From Minisyncoccota bacterium (GTDB lineage Bacteria > Patescibacteriota > Minisyncoccia > Phycocordibacterales > UBA2100), in assembly GCA_965267345.1 (NCBI GenBank), contig OZ253947.1, positions 489,964 through 553,963 of the forward strand: a stretch of DNA of 64,000 nucleotides. The letters are read 5' to 3'. Positions 49,120 to 58,896 of the stretch are shown here, one piece after another. Numbering within the stretch: position 1 is the first letter of the stretch; each line of letters starts with the position of its first letter. The position numbers were made by a program, and so were the translations under genes. Under the pieces are notes generated by a model. The model was given only the letters and a program-made list of their open reading frames with translations, had not been told where the DNA came from and searched no databases.

Positions 49120-49785
49120 CTAGACGTTGCGGTTAGGCCGTTTTTGCATGTTCACGCCGCGCCAGTCACTCGCAAGTTTGTCCACCAATACTTGGTGCGG
49201 ATAATCCAAAATATCGCGAATCAAACGGTCGTAGACGCCCAAGCGGTATGTAAAATCGCGCGTACTAAATGAGGCAAATCGTAGCTCGCGCCCAATCTGT
49301 GCTTCCAAGTCGCGAATCGACTCTTTCAGCTGTGCGTCCTTTATCGCGTCACCCACGATGAGCAAATCAACGCGGCTGTCAGCGTCTTGAATGAACACCC
49401 CCGAGACCAGCACGAGCTTGAGCTTCCCTGCCGTGCCGAGCTTCTTGACGATACTGTCATTATCGGTCGGTGCAATATTGAGCACAAAACTGCGCAATGC
49501 AAAAAAGTGCTCAAACCGCGTATCGGCAGCAACACCGGCAACGCGTTTCGTCTTTTCTTTTTTATTTTTCCCACGGCCGGTCGTCACCACCTGCTCACAC
49601 GTATCTTTTCGCAACAGTCCAACCTTCAAAAAACTATTCACTTCTTTGCGCACCACACGCGAATCTACTTTTGCGTGCTTCGCAATCTCCGCTATCGTGT
49701 AGCACGTTTCCGGATTCCCGAGAAACAACCGCAGTATTTTCACACGTGCCGTGCTCCCAAACAGTGTACCGAGTACGTCGTTCAT
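49120..49785 (-). CDS. HTH + nucleotidyltransferase-like domain protein
   Basis: LFGS.ARVKIL.LF N-terminal wHTH; VDLLIVGD...E..IGRE C-terminal domain. Confidence 0.75.
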   Translation of the reverse strand: MNDVLGTLFGSTARVKILRLFLGNPETCYTIAEIAKHAKVDSRVVRKEVNSFLKVGLLRKDTCEQVVTTGRGKNKKEKTKRVAGVAADTRFEHFFALRSFVLNIAPTDNDSIVKKLGTAGKLKLVLVSGVFIQDADSRVDLLIVGDAIKDAQLKESIRDLEAQIGRELRFASFSTRDFTYRLGVYDRLIRDILDYPHQVLVDKLASDWRGVNMQKRPNRNV

Positions 49786-50002
49786 CCTGTAGTGAAAAAC
49801 AGCAACTGAGTCGCGCTCAGTTTTACTGTCGATAGTTATGGGTACGAATAACGTCGACCGCCACAGTCTCCCGCTTCGTCACAAGTACGCGTGTGCTGTT
49901 TTCTACTACGGGATTCATTGCGGCTCATTCTACCACTAACCGCACAGGCAGACAAAAACGCCCCGTCGCAGGGCGTTTTTGTACTCCAGAACAAGCGGCA
50001 AA

Positions 50003-50464
50003 CTACTTAAGCTCAATTGAAGCACCTGCTTCCTCAAGCTTCGTCTTCCACTCTTCTGCTTCGTCTTTCTTCACATCGCTCTTCAGGTCAGCCGGTGCGC
50101 TCTCAACGAGCTCCTTCGCTTCCTTCAGACCGAGGCCGAGAATTTCCTTCACCGCCTTGATGACACCGATCTTCGAGTCACCAACTGAGGCAAGGTGCAC
50201 GGTGAATTCGCTCTTCTCTTCAGCAGCGTCACCGCCTGCGGCACCACCAGCAACAGCAACGGCAGCAGCTGATACACCGAACTTCTTCTCAAGTACCTTC
50301 ACGAGGCCGTGAAGCTCGAGTACGGTCATGTTCTCGATCTTTTCGATGAGATCCTTGTATTCGTCAGGAACCTCAACCTCTTCTGCTTCATCAGCAGCTT
50401 CTTCAGTGGTTTCTTCGGCAGCTTCTTCAGTAGCTGCGTCGTCCTTTTTCTCTTCGTCAGTCAT
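50003..50464 (-). CDS. rplL: 50S ribosomal protein bL12 (L7/L12)
   Basis: [38 protein letters not shown]. Confidence 0.97.
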   Translation of the reverse strand: MTDEEKKDDAATEEAAEETTEEAADEAEEVEVPDEYKDLIEKIENMTVLELHGLVKVLEKKFGVSAAAVAVAGGAAGGDAAEEKSEFTVHLASVGDSKIGVIKAVKEILGLGLKEAKELVESAPADLKSDVKKDEAEEWKTKLEEAGASIELK

Positions 50465-50513
50465 ATTTTTTAGTTAACAGCTATGAGCTATGAACTCAGA
50501 GCGTACGAGTAAT

Positions 50514-51017
50514 TTATGATTGCTTCTTTTCGGCAACGCCGTTCAGGGCAATAACCAAACCTTGAATTGGTGAGTTGATGACGTTGGCAAACATACCACG
50601 GAGTGTGTCCACTGGCGGAATGGTTGCAACCTCATTCATCTCAGCTGCGTCCATGAAGCGGCCCTCAAAGACACCGCCGACGATCGAGAGTTTCTCACCG
50701 TACTTCTTCACGAACGTGTACACGCCGCGTGCTGGCCCCGTTGGGTCAGTGCTGTCCGCATCAGCGTAGGCAACGGCCATCTCGCCGTCAATTGCCGGCT
50801 GCTCGCCGTCAATCTTGGCAGCGTCTGCCGCGCGACGCATCAGCGTCTTACGCGCAACGAAGTACGAGATGCCGTCGTCGCGCAGTGCGCCACGCATCTC
50901 AGCCTCTTCGTCAACCGGAAGTCCCGCAAAGTGTACAAAGACCGTCGAAGGCGACGTCGTAAATGCATTTTGAAGACGCTCAACGATCTGCTGTTTCTGC
51001 TCTTTTGTTTTTGCCAT
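50514..51017 (-). CDS. rplJ: 50S ribosomal protein uL10
   Basis: MAKTK..K, GL.V.E...R..LR, V.RKTL; directly upstream of rplL. Confidence 0.95.
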   Translation of the reverse strand: MAKTKEQKQQIVERLQNAFTTSPSTVFVHFAGLPVDEEAEMRGALRDDGISYFVARKTLMRRAADAAKIDGEQPAIDGEMAVAYADADSTDPTGPARGVYTFVKKYGEKLSIVGGVFEGRFMDAAEMNEVATIPPVDTLRGMFANVINSPIQGLVIALNGVAEKKQS

Positions 51018-51024
51018 AGCAAAT

Positions 51025-51143
51025 AAAAAAGCCGTATAAATACGGGCATTGAAACTAAGAGTTCGACCTCGGCATGTCTGACCCCAGCCCTGCAAGCAAG
51101 ACTGGGTGCACGCTGTCTTAAGCCCGTTCCGCGACACTATACC
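51025..51143 (-). promoter_or_regulatory. rplJ promoter and L10-leader-like RNA with attenuator hairpin
   Basis: TGGTATAGT; AAGACAGC...GCCGAGGU kink-turn-like pair; GCCCGUAUUUAUACGGC-U6 before the start codon. Confidence 0.65.
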
Positions 51144-51262
51144 AGAGTTTATCATCGATGCAACGCAAATATTGACTAAGAGATACACAAGTGTCACTAT
51201 TTGGTCGCCCAATCGTATCGTGGGGCACAATACGCGATACGCAGATACCACGAGGTACTAGT

Positions 51263-51472
51263 ATGGCTGAATTGTCTGAAGACGAGCGTGCCCTCATTGG
51301 GAACGCGCAGCATATCGGTCAAGAAGCAGGGGCAATGGTGGAATGCATCATCACGTCGATCGCATCGCCAGCAGAGCGAGCAAAAGCGATCGACCAGATG
51401 TTCGAAAACGATCCCAATACGCGCAAGCGGATATACGCTCTCGCGTGCCAAGAAGGTGTTCCGCTCGCCTGA
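51263..51472 (+). CDS. Small hypothetical protein
   Basis: GAGG upstream of MAELSEDER...; terminator-like hairpin at ~51499-51535. Confidence 0.6.
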   Translation: MAELSEDERALIGNAQHIGQEAGAMVECIITSIASPAERAKAIDQMFENDPNTRKRIYALACQEGVPLA

Positions 51473-51645
51473 AACAGCAACCTGCCTCTATTCCTCTCAA
51501 ACCACGGGCCCAGAACAGGCCCGTGGTTTTCTTTTTACACACGACTGTGCAGTACCAAATTGACACCCACCAGAGCAGGGAGCATCATTAATGCTAGACC
51601 CATTCCTACGGGGATAGAATACGTAGGAGTAACGTTTATGGGGAC

Positions 51646-51861
51646 ATGGTATGCCATCTGGCGAAAAAACCTTACCGCCTTCAAGAGAGGCTCTGCCAAA
51701 AAATTGGCGAGAGCGATGAGCGCATTCGACAGGCACTCGAGTCTTACTTCCGCGACACAGACAACACGTCGCTTGAAAAATACCTTCCCGACGACACCGA
51801 ACGCGCATTCGCTACCGATTTCGCCGAGGACATGGGAGTCTCTCTCAAGCATCAACGTTAG
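51646..51861 (+). CDS. Small hypothetical protein (start uncertain)
   Basis: ORF ends immediately before hairpin AACGTGGGCGCC-tc-GGCGCCCACGTT. Confidence 0.45.
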   Translation: MVCHLAKKPYRLQERLCQKIGESDERIRQALESYFRDTDNTSLEKYLPDDTERAFATDFAEDMGVSLKHQR

Positions 51862-51897
51862 AAAACGTGGGCGCCTCGGCGCCCACGTTCTTTGTCC

Positions 51898-52422
51898 CTA
51901 CGAACCGCTTTTCACAATAACGTCACGCACCTCACCTAAAAAGTCTCTGAGGGTTTTAATAACAAAATCAGATTTTTGTTGCGTTACGGCATCATCAGAC
52001 CCCCCTTCGTTCGAGAGCCACAACTCCTCATATCTACGCCGTATACCCTGCAACGACTGCTTGAGTTTGAGCTTCGTCTCTGCGTCCCCGTTTTCTTGCA
52101 TCAAAAACAGCTCAACACGCGGAAGGACGGCACCAATCGTATTACCGCGCAGCGCATTTCGTTCGTAGGCCGCCCGTGTTTCCTTTGGCAATGAGCTGCG
52201 CCATGCACGTCGCTCTTCATGTGTCGCAAACGCATTTGGCTTGTCCACGACAAGCGGCAGCTGCAGGTATGCATCAATTGCCTCAGCACACTGCTTAGCT
52301 GCGGCAGATGCAGACTCAGGTACCGGAGGAAGATCAAGGTCGGGCACACCGAGAATATAAGCCACCTTCTTCGTTTCCATGAGGTCTGCTTCCTTTTCTT
52401 TATTGCTGAATCCCTCCTTCAT
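51898..52422 (-). CDS. Hypothetical protein
   Basis: 174-aa ORF with protein-like composition; no recognised motif. Confidence 0.6.
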   Translation of the reverse strand: MKEGFSNKEKEADLMETKKVAYILGVPDLDLPPVPESASAAAKQCAEAIDAYLQLPLVVDKPNAFATHEERRAWRSSLPKETRAAYERNALRGNTIGAVLPRVELFLMQENGDAETKLKLKQSLQGIRRRYEELWLSNEGGSDDAVTQQKSDFVIKTLRDFLGEVRDVIVKSGS

Positions 52423-52436
52423 ACAGAAAACACTAA

Positions 52437-52598
52437 TTACTGCATAAACAGCAACGTCGCCGCTGCCTGTTTCAATTCACTAAACGTCACGTCGTAGTAG
52501 TTCACGGCAAGAATGAGCACCAAGCTTGTCGAGAGAATGAAAATAAACCCAAAAACAAAGTTAAAGAATGTGGTGTTAAAAAGCGAATTCCTGTTCAT
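52437..52598 (-). CDS. Small single-TM protein
   Basis: TATAAT 7 nt before MNRNSLFNTTFFNF..GF..IL. Confidence 0.6.
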   Translation of the reverse strand: MNRNSLFNTTFFNFVFGFIFILSTSLVLILAVNYYDVTFSELKQAAATLLFMQ

Positions 52599-52772
52599 AC
52601 AAACCATTATAGTAGCCACACGCCCCTACCGCCACCCACCAATACAAGGACCGACCTTGTTCATACAAGGTCGGTCCTTGTTGACTTTTGCTGTTATCTC
52701 TTGGGGTGGTTTAGTGGAGTTGGTTGGGGGTGGGTGCTTGGAGATGTTGTCGGTTGGGGGTGGGTGGTTAGA

Positions 52773-53414
52773 CTAGAGCTCGAGGATGAGGAATTCGCCT
52801 GCTTGGGCATTGTACGCAAAGCGCACACGGAATGGCAGTTGCGACCCTTTAGGGTACACAGCGATCTCGTAGATGCCGTACTCAGGGTCAACGAGCTCAA
52901 CGTCAGCAACGTCCCCTGTGTAGTACGCCTGTACCACGGGGTGTAGCGCTTCGCGTGCTGCGCGCTGCTCGAAAGCGACGCGGTATGAGGCACGTGCCGA
53001 TGGCTCAATGTACGTCAGCGCGCGCTCCGTGTCCTTTACACTCATTGCTCGTGCAAAGTAGTAAAGTGCTGATGCGGGTGAATCTGCTACCTGTCGGGGT
53101 CCTAAATCTACCTGTGGTACTTGCTGGGTGTTCTGTGCCGTACCGGCACCGGCCGCTGCAGCAGGCTGCGTGTTCGTTGTTTGGCTCTGCGCGGTTTCGG
53201 TGCGTGGTGTATCTGCACTCTCGTCGCTCTGTGGCGTTGTGGTCGCCGATTCGTCACCTGTAGTTTCTCTCTGCTCTTCTTCTACCATGCCTGTGTCAGC
53301 AGGAAGCGCAACCTTCTTATTTGCAGTATAAGCGTACAGCCCGATACCGACAGCGAGTAGAATGATCACCGCCGTGAGTGCGTACAGTGCGTCTTTGTTT
53401 TTTAATTTTTCCAT
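52773..53414 (-). CDS. Membrane-anchored hypothetical protein (TM, T/Q-rich linker, NTF2-like-looking C-terminal domain)
   Basis: N-terminal TM; SP......F..A....D...AL pattern; fold inferred. Confidence 0.7.
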   Translation of the reverse strand: MEKLKNKDALYALTAVIILLAVGIGLYAYTANKKVALPADTGMVEEEQRETTGDESATTTPQSDESADTPRTETAQSQTTNTQPAAAAGAGTAQNTQQVPQVDLGPRQVADSPASALYYFARAMSVKDTERALTYIEPSARASYRVAFEQRAAREALHPVVQAYYTGDVADVELVDPEYGIYEIAVYPKGSQLPFRVRFAYNAQAGEFLILEL

Positions 53415-53513
53415 ATAGGCACTATGGTACCTTCTTCTGTGCGCTGCGCCAAGTACGCAAAAACCCGCACGGATATGTGCGGGTTTTTGCTTTTCTTTTT
53501 TTCGGGCAAGCAT

Positions 53514-53544
53514 AGGAAAACCCCCTCAGTTGAGGGGGTTTTCC
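53514..53544 (-). terminator. Terminator after the S-layer-like gene
   Basis: GGAAAACCCCCTCA-gt-TGAGGGGGTTTTCC. Confidence 0.75.
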
Positions 53545-53584
53545 GTTACTCAGCTAACCAAAGTTAGAAGAGTGAGACTTACTA

Positions 53585-56500
53585 CTACGATGGGTTGACG
53601 TGGGTTGGTCCGAAGATGTCACCCTTGAATACGTCGTCACCCTCTGAGTAGTACGAGCTGTCACCTTCAATTTGGTACTTGAGGTTACCAGCTGCGTCGT
53701 CTGAGAGCCATGCCTGAAGCGTGTTACCGTCGGTTGCAAGACCTGCGGTGTTTACACGAATCTGGATCTCCTTCGAGCTTCCTGCAGGAATGGTCAGTTC
53801 GTTGTCTGCAAAGACAATGTCTGCTGACGTGCTTCCTGTAGTTGAGCCCATGTCGACAGTGTCGAGAGTCAAACCAGTACTGGTCTCGATAGCCTTAACA
53901 GCGTTGGTTGCTGAAGTAAGGGTACCTGCAATCTCGAAGTTTACCTGCAGTGAGCTTGTTGCGTTGAAGGTAATGTCTTCGTCACCTGAGTTGGTGATCA
54001 CAATCTTCGCTGCAAGGTAGTTTGAGCTTGGACCAAGCACGGTGCTGACGCCACTGTTGTTGAATGCGAAGCTTGGGATAGCCTCGTAAATGGTGTGGGT
54101 TGCAGCGTCAACTGAGGTGTCAGTTGAGTCGACTGCTGAACCTGAACCGTTACCGGTTGTTTCAACGTCGCCTGCTGCTGCAATCGTTACCTTAACAGTG
54201 TCACCGTTCTGAACGCCGTTGGTTACAACGTCGTTCATGACACCCTTAACGGTTACCTTCACGTTGCCGTTTGCCGGAACGGTGAGTGAACCGTCAGTGA
54301 GGAATACCTCTGCGGTACCGCTCGTTGGGAATGCTTCACCCAACTTGGTTGAGCCGTTGTACAGAACGTACTTCGATACTGGCTCGGTACCGTTAGTGGT
54401 TGTACCGTCGTCCGTAATCTTGATGCTGTCAACGTCGAGTGATTCAACGTTGTTTGCTGCAAGACGGAATACACCGAGTGTCTGCTCGCTTGACGCGTTG
54501 TCAAGAACGAGTGATGCCTTTGGTGATGAGTTGTCAACGGTTACCGTCAATGTACCACCGCTTGATACGGTCATGGTCTGACCTGCTCCTGATGGTGTTA
54601 CACCAGTGATGGTACTACCAGAGGTCAGGCCTACAGCCGTAACTGCATTCACAGCCTGGTCAAGGCTGATGGTGTGGGTATCACCAGTGGTTGCGCCTGA
54701 CGCAAGGTCAGCAACAATCGCAATTTCAACTGCGCTGTTTTTCGCAATGGTGATGTGAGTGTCAAGCGTAATGCTCAACGTTTTGTCTGGGTTTCCACCG
54801 TCGGTGAGTTGCTCAGCGTCAGCAACGCGCGTTTCGAACTTGTCGCCACGTACTGAGTCGTTGCTTGAGCCACCTGAAAGGTTTGCCCAAATTTCAACGT
54901 TGTCAATCGTACCTGCATCGTCACCTGCGTCACCGAGAGTGTCCTCAATCACGAGTGCGGTTACACGTACGTCCTCACCTGAGTTTGCTGCGTTCAATGA
55001 CGCTGTCGCAAAGACAAAGTCGTTCTGACCAGCCACGATTGAACGTGCTGCAGGTGTGGTGAGCGTGGTTGCAGTAAAGGTTGCTGTCTTCACCGTCATG
55101 GTGTTTGCAGTAGCCGTTGAACCTGGAAGGGTCACGGTGTCACCAGTGCTGTCACCGGTAGCGTCAGACCAGTCCGAGTTCGGGTTGGTACTGAGTGCAA
55201 GCGTGTCGTTTGCTGCCCAGTCTGAGTCAAGCTGACCACGTACGTATACGGTGGTTACACCTGTTGGGAATGACACGTTGCTGAATGTCAGCGCGTCGGT
55301 TGTCGTCGTGCTGCTGCCGAGACTCGATGATGAGTCAACAGGACCTGCAAGCACTGCACCGTTCTGGTCAACCAGCGTTACGTTGGTCAACGAACGAGTC
55401 GTGACACCAGCGTCAACGGTTACGTCGAAATTCAGGGTCTGAACGGTTACGCCCTCACCCTTAATGTCAACGTTGAATGCACCGAGGAGCTCGTCAGACT
55501 TCTGCTTTGCAATGTTTGCTGCAGGAGCTGCGTTACTCTTCGATACTGAGCTGAATGAACCAGCTGAAATGGTAACGACTGATGCGTCGTATACCGGTGT
55601 GCTTGAAGTGAAGCCAGTACCAGCTGTTGGCGTCAAGCCGTAGCCGTAGGTTTCACCCGTTGCGTAGATGTCGGTGAATCGGTACACGTCGAAGGCAACG
55701 GTACGGCTGGTGCCGCTGATGATGTCGCCCTTAACTACCAACTCTTTCGAACGTCCTTCCTCGATTACGAGGCCTGAACCGAAGTTTACGGTGTAGTAGT
55801 CACCGCTTACGGTTGGTGTGTAGGTTGTACCGTCAACGATTACCTTCACGTCAGCAAGGTCACTTGCTGATGCTGAACCGCTCTGCTCGAAGCGAACTGA
55901 GTGAAGACGTACGTCCTCCTCTGAACCTGCGGTGAGCTTAATTGCGGTAAAGGTGTAGTCGTTGGTTCCGATTTCCTTCGTCTGTGCTGCGTTTGGATCT
56001 TCTACACCACGTGCTGCAGTAACGCTACCAATCGACAGTGTCGCGTTGATAGTGTGGGATGCTCCTGAAATTGGGAGTGATCCTGCAACTGAAGCTGAGG
56101 TGTTGATGCCAACAACAGAGAATGATGCAACTTCACCAGCGTAGTTGGTGAGGGTGCTCTCCATGTTTGCTGCAACGGTGAAGGTGTGGGTCTCACCTGG
56201 CTGAAGCGTTACCGCCTCGCCGATGGTTGCACGGTGGTTTGAACCAAGTACGCGTGCGTTACCAAGCTGAAGACCGTTCTGGTTCAACAGTACGATGCCG
56301 TCGAAGGCATTGTCCTGTGCAAGACCGGTTCGCTCAACCGTTACTGAGTTGATCGTCTGAACTGAACCTGAGTTGTTGGTCAATGTGAACTTGGTGAATG
56401 GTACGCGTGCCGCACCAGCTGGTGCGAGTGCGTTACCCGGCTGTGCAGCCGCTGAAACCGTTACACCTGTGCCGGTTGGCGTGGTGCCGGTACCAGTTCC

Positions 56501-56989
56501 TGTTCCGGTGCCTGCGCCACCACCGAGGGTGTTAGCGTATGCACGTGTACTTGGACCCCAGTAACCAGTTCCCTGTGAGAGACCAACTGGTGCAAGAATC
56601 TGTGCTGCGTTTGCGTTCTGGAACGCAATCACTGCGGCACGAGTTCGTGAACCGAAGTATGATGTCTCGTTACCCGGTGAACCTGCTCCTGAAGTAGCAA
56701 CAGTGAATCCCTGTGCGTTCAGAAACTTCTGGATTTCCATAACCTCACCTCCCTGGTCACCAAGCTCGTGGTTGAGAGTGAAGTTGTAGCTTGCTGAAGT
56801 TGAGCCTCCACCCTGAAGGTTTGAGAGCTGCGACTGCAAGCCTGCGATTGTTGAGAGCAGTGAGTTGATCTGTGCGGTGAGTTCTTCAACTGTCTGTGCC
56901 TGTGCCGGTGTGACAAAAGCAAAACTGAAGACCATCGCAACACCAACAGCTGCTGCTGCAACTTTGTGTGTTGATAATGCAATACTCAT
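53585..56989 (-). CDS. Large secreted S-layer-like protein with peptidoglycan-binding domain
   Basis: Signal peptide, coiled coil, V..IQKFLN...G.ET.YFG..T.AAV..FQ (PG-binding), then T/S/G/V-rich beta repeats; strong codon bias. Confidence 0.8.
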   Translation of the reverse strand: MSIALSTHKVAAAAVGVAMVFSFAFVTPAQAQTVEELTAQINSLLSTIAGLQSQLSNLQGGGSTSASYNFTLNHELGDQGGEVMEIQKFLNAQGFTVATSGAGSPGNETSYFGSRTRAAVIAFQNANAAQILAPVGLSQGTGYWGPSTRAYANTLGGGAGTGTGTGTGTTPTGTGVTVSAAAQPGNALAPAGAARVPFTKFTLTNNSGSVQTINSVTVERTGLAQDNAFDGIVLLNQNGLQLGNARVLGSNHRATIGEAVTLQPGETHTFTVAANMESTLTNYAGEVASFSVVGINTSASVAGSLPISGASHTINATLSIGSVTAARGVEDPNAAQTKEIGTNDYTFTAIKLTAGSEEDVRLHSVRFEQSGSASASDLADVKVIVDGTTYTPTVSGDYYTVNFGSGLVIEEGRSKELVVKGDIISGTSRTVAFDVYRFTDIYATGETYGYGLTPTAGTGFTSSTPVYDASVVTISAGSFSSVSKSNAAPAANIAKQKSDELLGAFNVDIKGEGVTVQTLNFDVTVDAGVTTRSLTNVTLVDQNGAVLAGPVDSSSSLGSSTTTTDALTFSNVSFPTGVTTVYVRGQLDSDWAANDTLALSTNPNSDWSDATGDSTGDTVTLPGSTATANTMTVKTATFTATTLTTPAARSIVAGQNDFVFATASLNAANSGEDVRVTALVIEDTLGDAGDDAGTIDNVEIWANLSGGSSNDSVRGDKFETRVADAEQLTDGGNPDKTLSITLDTHITIAKNSAVEIAIVADLASGATTGDTHTISLDQAVNAVTAVGLTSGSTITGVTPSGAGQTMTVSSGGTLTVTVDNSSPKASLVLDNASSEQTLGVFRLAANNVESLDVDSIKITDDGTTTNGTEPVSKYVLYNGSTKLGEAFPTSGTAEVFLTDGSLTVPANGNVKVTVKGVMNDVVTNGVQNGDTVKVTIAAAGDVETTGNGSGSAVDSTDTSVDAATHTIYEAIPSFAFNNSGVSTVLGPSSNYLAAKIVITNSGDEDITFNATSSLQVNFEIAGTLTSATNAVKAIETSTGLTLDTVDMGSTTGSTSADIVFADNELTIPAGSSKEIQIRVNTAGLATDGNTLQAWLSDDAAGNLKYQIEGDSSYYSEGDDVFKGDIFGPTHVNPS

Positions 56990-57572
56990 AATTTTGTTTA
57001 TTACTGTATCTCACCTCTTAACTGAAGTGGGATACACCTTATAGACCTTGTAACTACGAAGTCCGAGCTGTCCTCGGGATAATCCCCGAGACATTCGTAT
57101 GCCCGGAGACCCATAGCCGCGATGCCAAGTCTGTTCGACCAAACTCAACGCCGCGTTTTGTGTGGTGCCAGTACTGAAAGTGAGTGCGAAAAATTACTAC
57201 TAATAAAATGTGTAATGGATCGCGCCTCGCTTCGTTCCCGACCGAACCTATTAATCGCTATCTTGCCGGTACCTTTATTTCGACTCGGTACCAGTGCAAG
57301 GCAGCTGACAAATGTTTTGTCTGTGTGTCTGCGTTTCTTTCGATGGAGTGCGTTGAATACACACTCGCGGGACAGTGCTTCCGTTTCGGTATCTGTTCTG
57401 TAGCGTATAGACGACCAACGTCGCCAACGCTTACGCGCATGCCACGCACCTTTTGTGCGAAGCCATGCGTACACAACCGTCTGTGTTATTCAGTTGTCAA
57501 TGAACATCTGAAGTAGTGGCATACACGCACACTACTTACCCAACATTATAGCGTCATGACCCCTTTGGGCAA
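56990..57572 (-). promoter_or_regulatory. Promoter (TTGCCC-16-TATAAT) and ~550-nt structured 5' leader
   Basis: -10 at 57545-57550; hairpin followed by boxA-like GUUCAUUGACAACU; many further hairpins. Confidence 0.6.
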
Positions 57573-57842
57573 CGAACAAAGCGCCATAATGTGGATAGCG
57601 CACTACAACGCAAAGGCGGCTCGCAGAGCGAGCACGCACAGTGGTTATAGTTAGGCTGCAGCATAGCGAAAAAAGGCTCTAAGAGCAAGGGTTGGTGGGA
57701 CCGTGCAAGCAATTCCCCACTACGATGTGTCAGGCACATTTCGGTTGCACCGCATCGCGCACATCGTGGTAGCTGTGTGCGACACCACTACGCCCTCGTG
57801 CGGCGACCGTGGTAGTACCACCCGACTCACCGCCTCCTTGCG

Positions 57843-58664
57843 CTACAGTGCCAGTGCGTACGTTGTCCACCGCTTCTCACCCTCCTTCGTCACCACACCG
57901 TCGGCCACGAGTGCGGCCAATTCACGTTGAATTGTCTTCTCGCTCACGCCCGTCACCTCGCGCGCAATGTCCTTTACGTGCACCTGCTTCTTTTTAGAAA
58001 TAACATCGAGGATGCGCATGCGACGGTTATCGCTACGGCGACGTGTGCGCACCGATGTATTGGTTCCTTTTTTTACCGAGTCAGAATCAGTTTTTGTGTC
58101 CTTTATATTTTTTGTGTCCTTTTTAGTGTCCGTTACAGACGTGTCCTTTACATTGTTATTTTGTCCTTTAGAAATATGTCCGTGGGTATCAGTGAGTGGC
58201 GCTGCAAAATAGTCGCGCGGCAACTCAACCGGATCAGTGTGTACGCCGTCACTGGCACCGACGAGGAAGTGCGCAAAGTCTGCGTACGCATACTTCACCA
58301 CATCGGCATTCATATCAGACACCCAGCCCGCTGCATGGAGCACGTCAATGAGCGACATAATCAAACGCGTAGCTGCGACGACATCGTACACTGCGGCACC
58401 GGCTGCAAAGCGCACGCCCTTGCGCAAGCGGAGGGTGTGCGTCAGCAGTTCCTGCACTGCCGTGCGCACCGCAGCGCGCGCCGGCTCATCAGCTGCAACG
58501 CCGTTGGTAATTAAATGCGTGGCAATGGCCAGACGTTCCGCTTTTCGATACGCAATGTCGGCAGTGCGATTCGCGCCGAATGGTGCTGCACTCTGGTTTG
58601 CATCACTACTGCGCTGACGATATACGTCCAATTGATTTTCAGTGTTAAAGCTGTTCTTTTTCAT
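57843..58664 (-). CDS. Helical-bundle + C-terminal DeoR-type winged-HTH protein
   Basis: VKDIA......SEKTIQREL..LV..G...KEGEKRW..Y. Confidence 0.85.
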   Translation of the reverse strand: MKKNSFNTENQLDVYRQRSSDANQSAAPFGANRTADIAYRKAERLAIATHLITNGVAADEPARAAVRTAVQELLTHTLRLRKGVRFAAGAAVYDVVAATRLIMSLIDVLHAAGWVSDMNADVVKYAYADFAHFLVGASDGVHTDPVELPRDYFAAPLTDTHGHISKGQNNNVKDTSVTDTKKDTKNIKDTKTDSDSVKKGTNTSVRTRRRSDNRRMRILDVISKKKQVHVKDIAREVTGVSEKTIQRELAALVADGVVTKEGEKRWTTYALAL

Positions 58665-58772
58665 GTTATGTCCGTTATATAACGGACATATGTTTACATA
58701 TTTTGTCCGTTACAAAACATGTCCGTTATGCTGTCCGTTACACTTCTTTCCATAATACGAATTTGTCCTTTA
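58097..58772. repeat. Two arrays of TGTCC(G/T)TTA repeats (12 copies)
   Basis: Copies at 58097, 58115, 58127, 58142, 58162, 58177 (in CDS) and 58669, 58680 (inverted), 58704, 58720, 58732, 58764. Confidence 0.85.
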
Positions 58773-58896
58773 AAAGCAAGAGATTCGCTTTTTCCGCTTT
58801 TTGTGTTTTCTGCCACCGCTACAGTAAATAGGTAGCCGCTGCACGCACTGTGCATGTGGTATCATTGCACTATATTTCCCTAAACGTGAAGCGACA

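Noticed and set aside
52700-52770. G-rich direct repeat GGTTGGGGGTGGGTG x2 (possible G-quadruplex)
   Set aside because: Only two copies and no supporting context; cannot be distinguished from low-complexity sequence.
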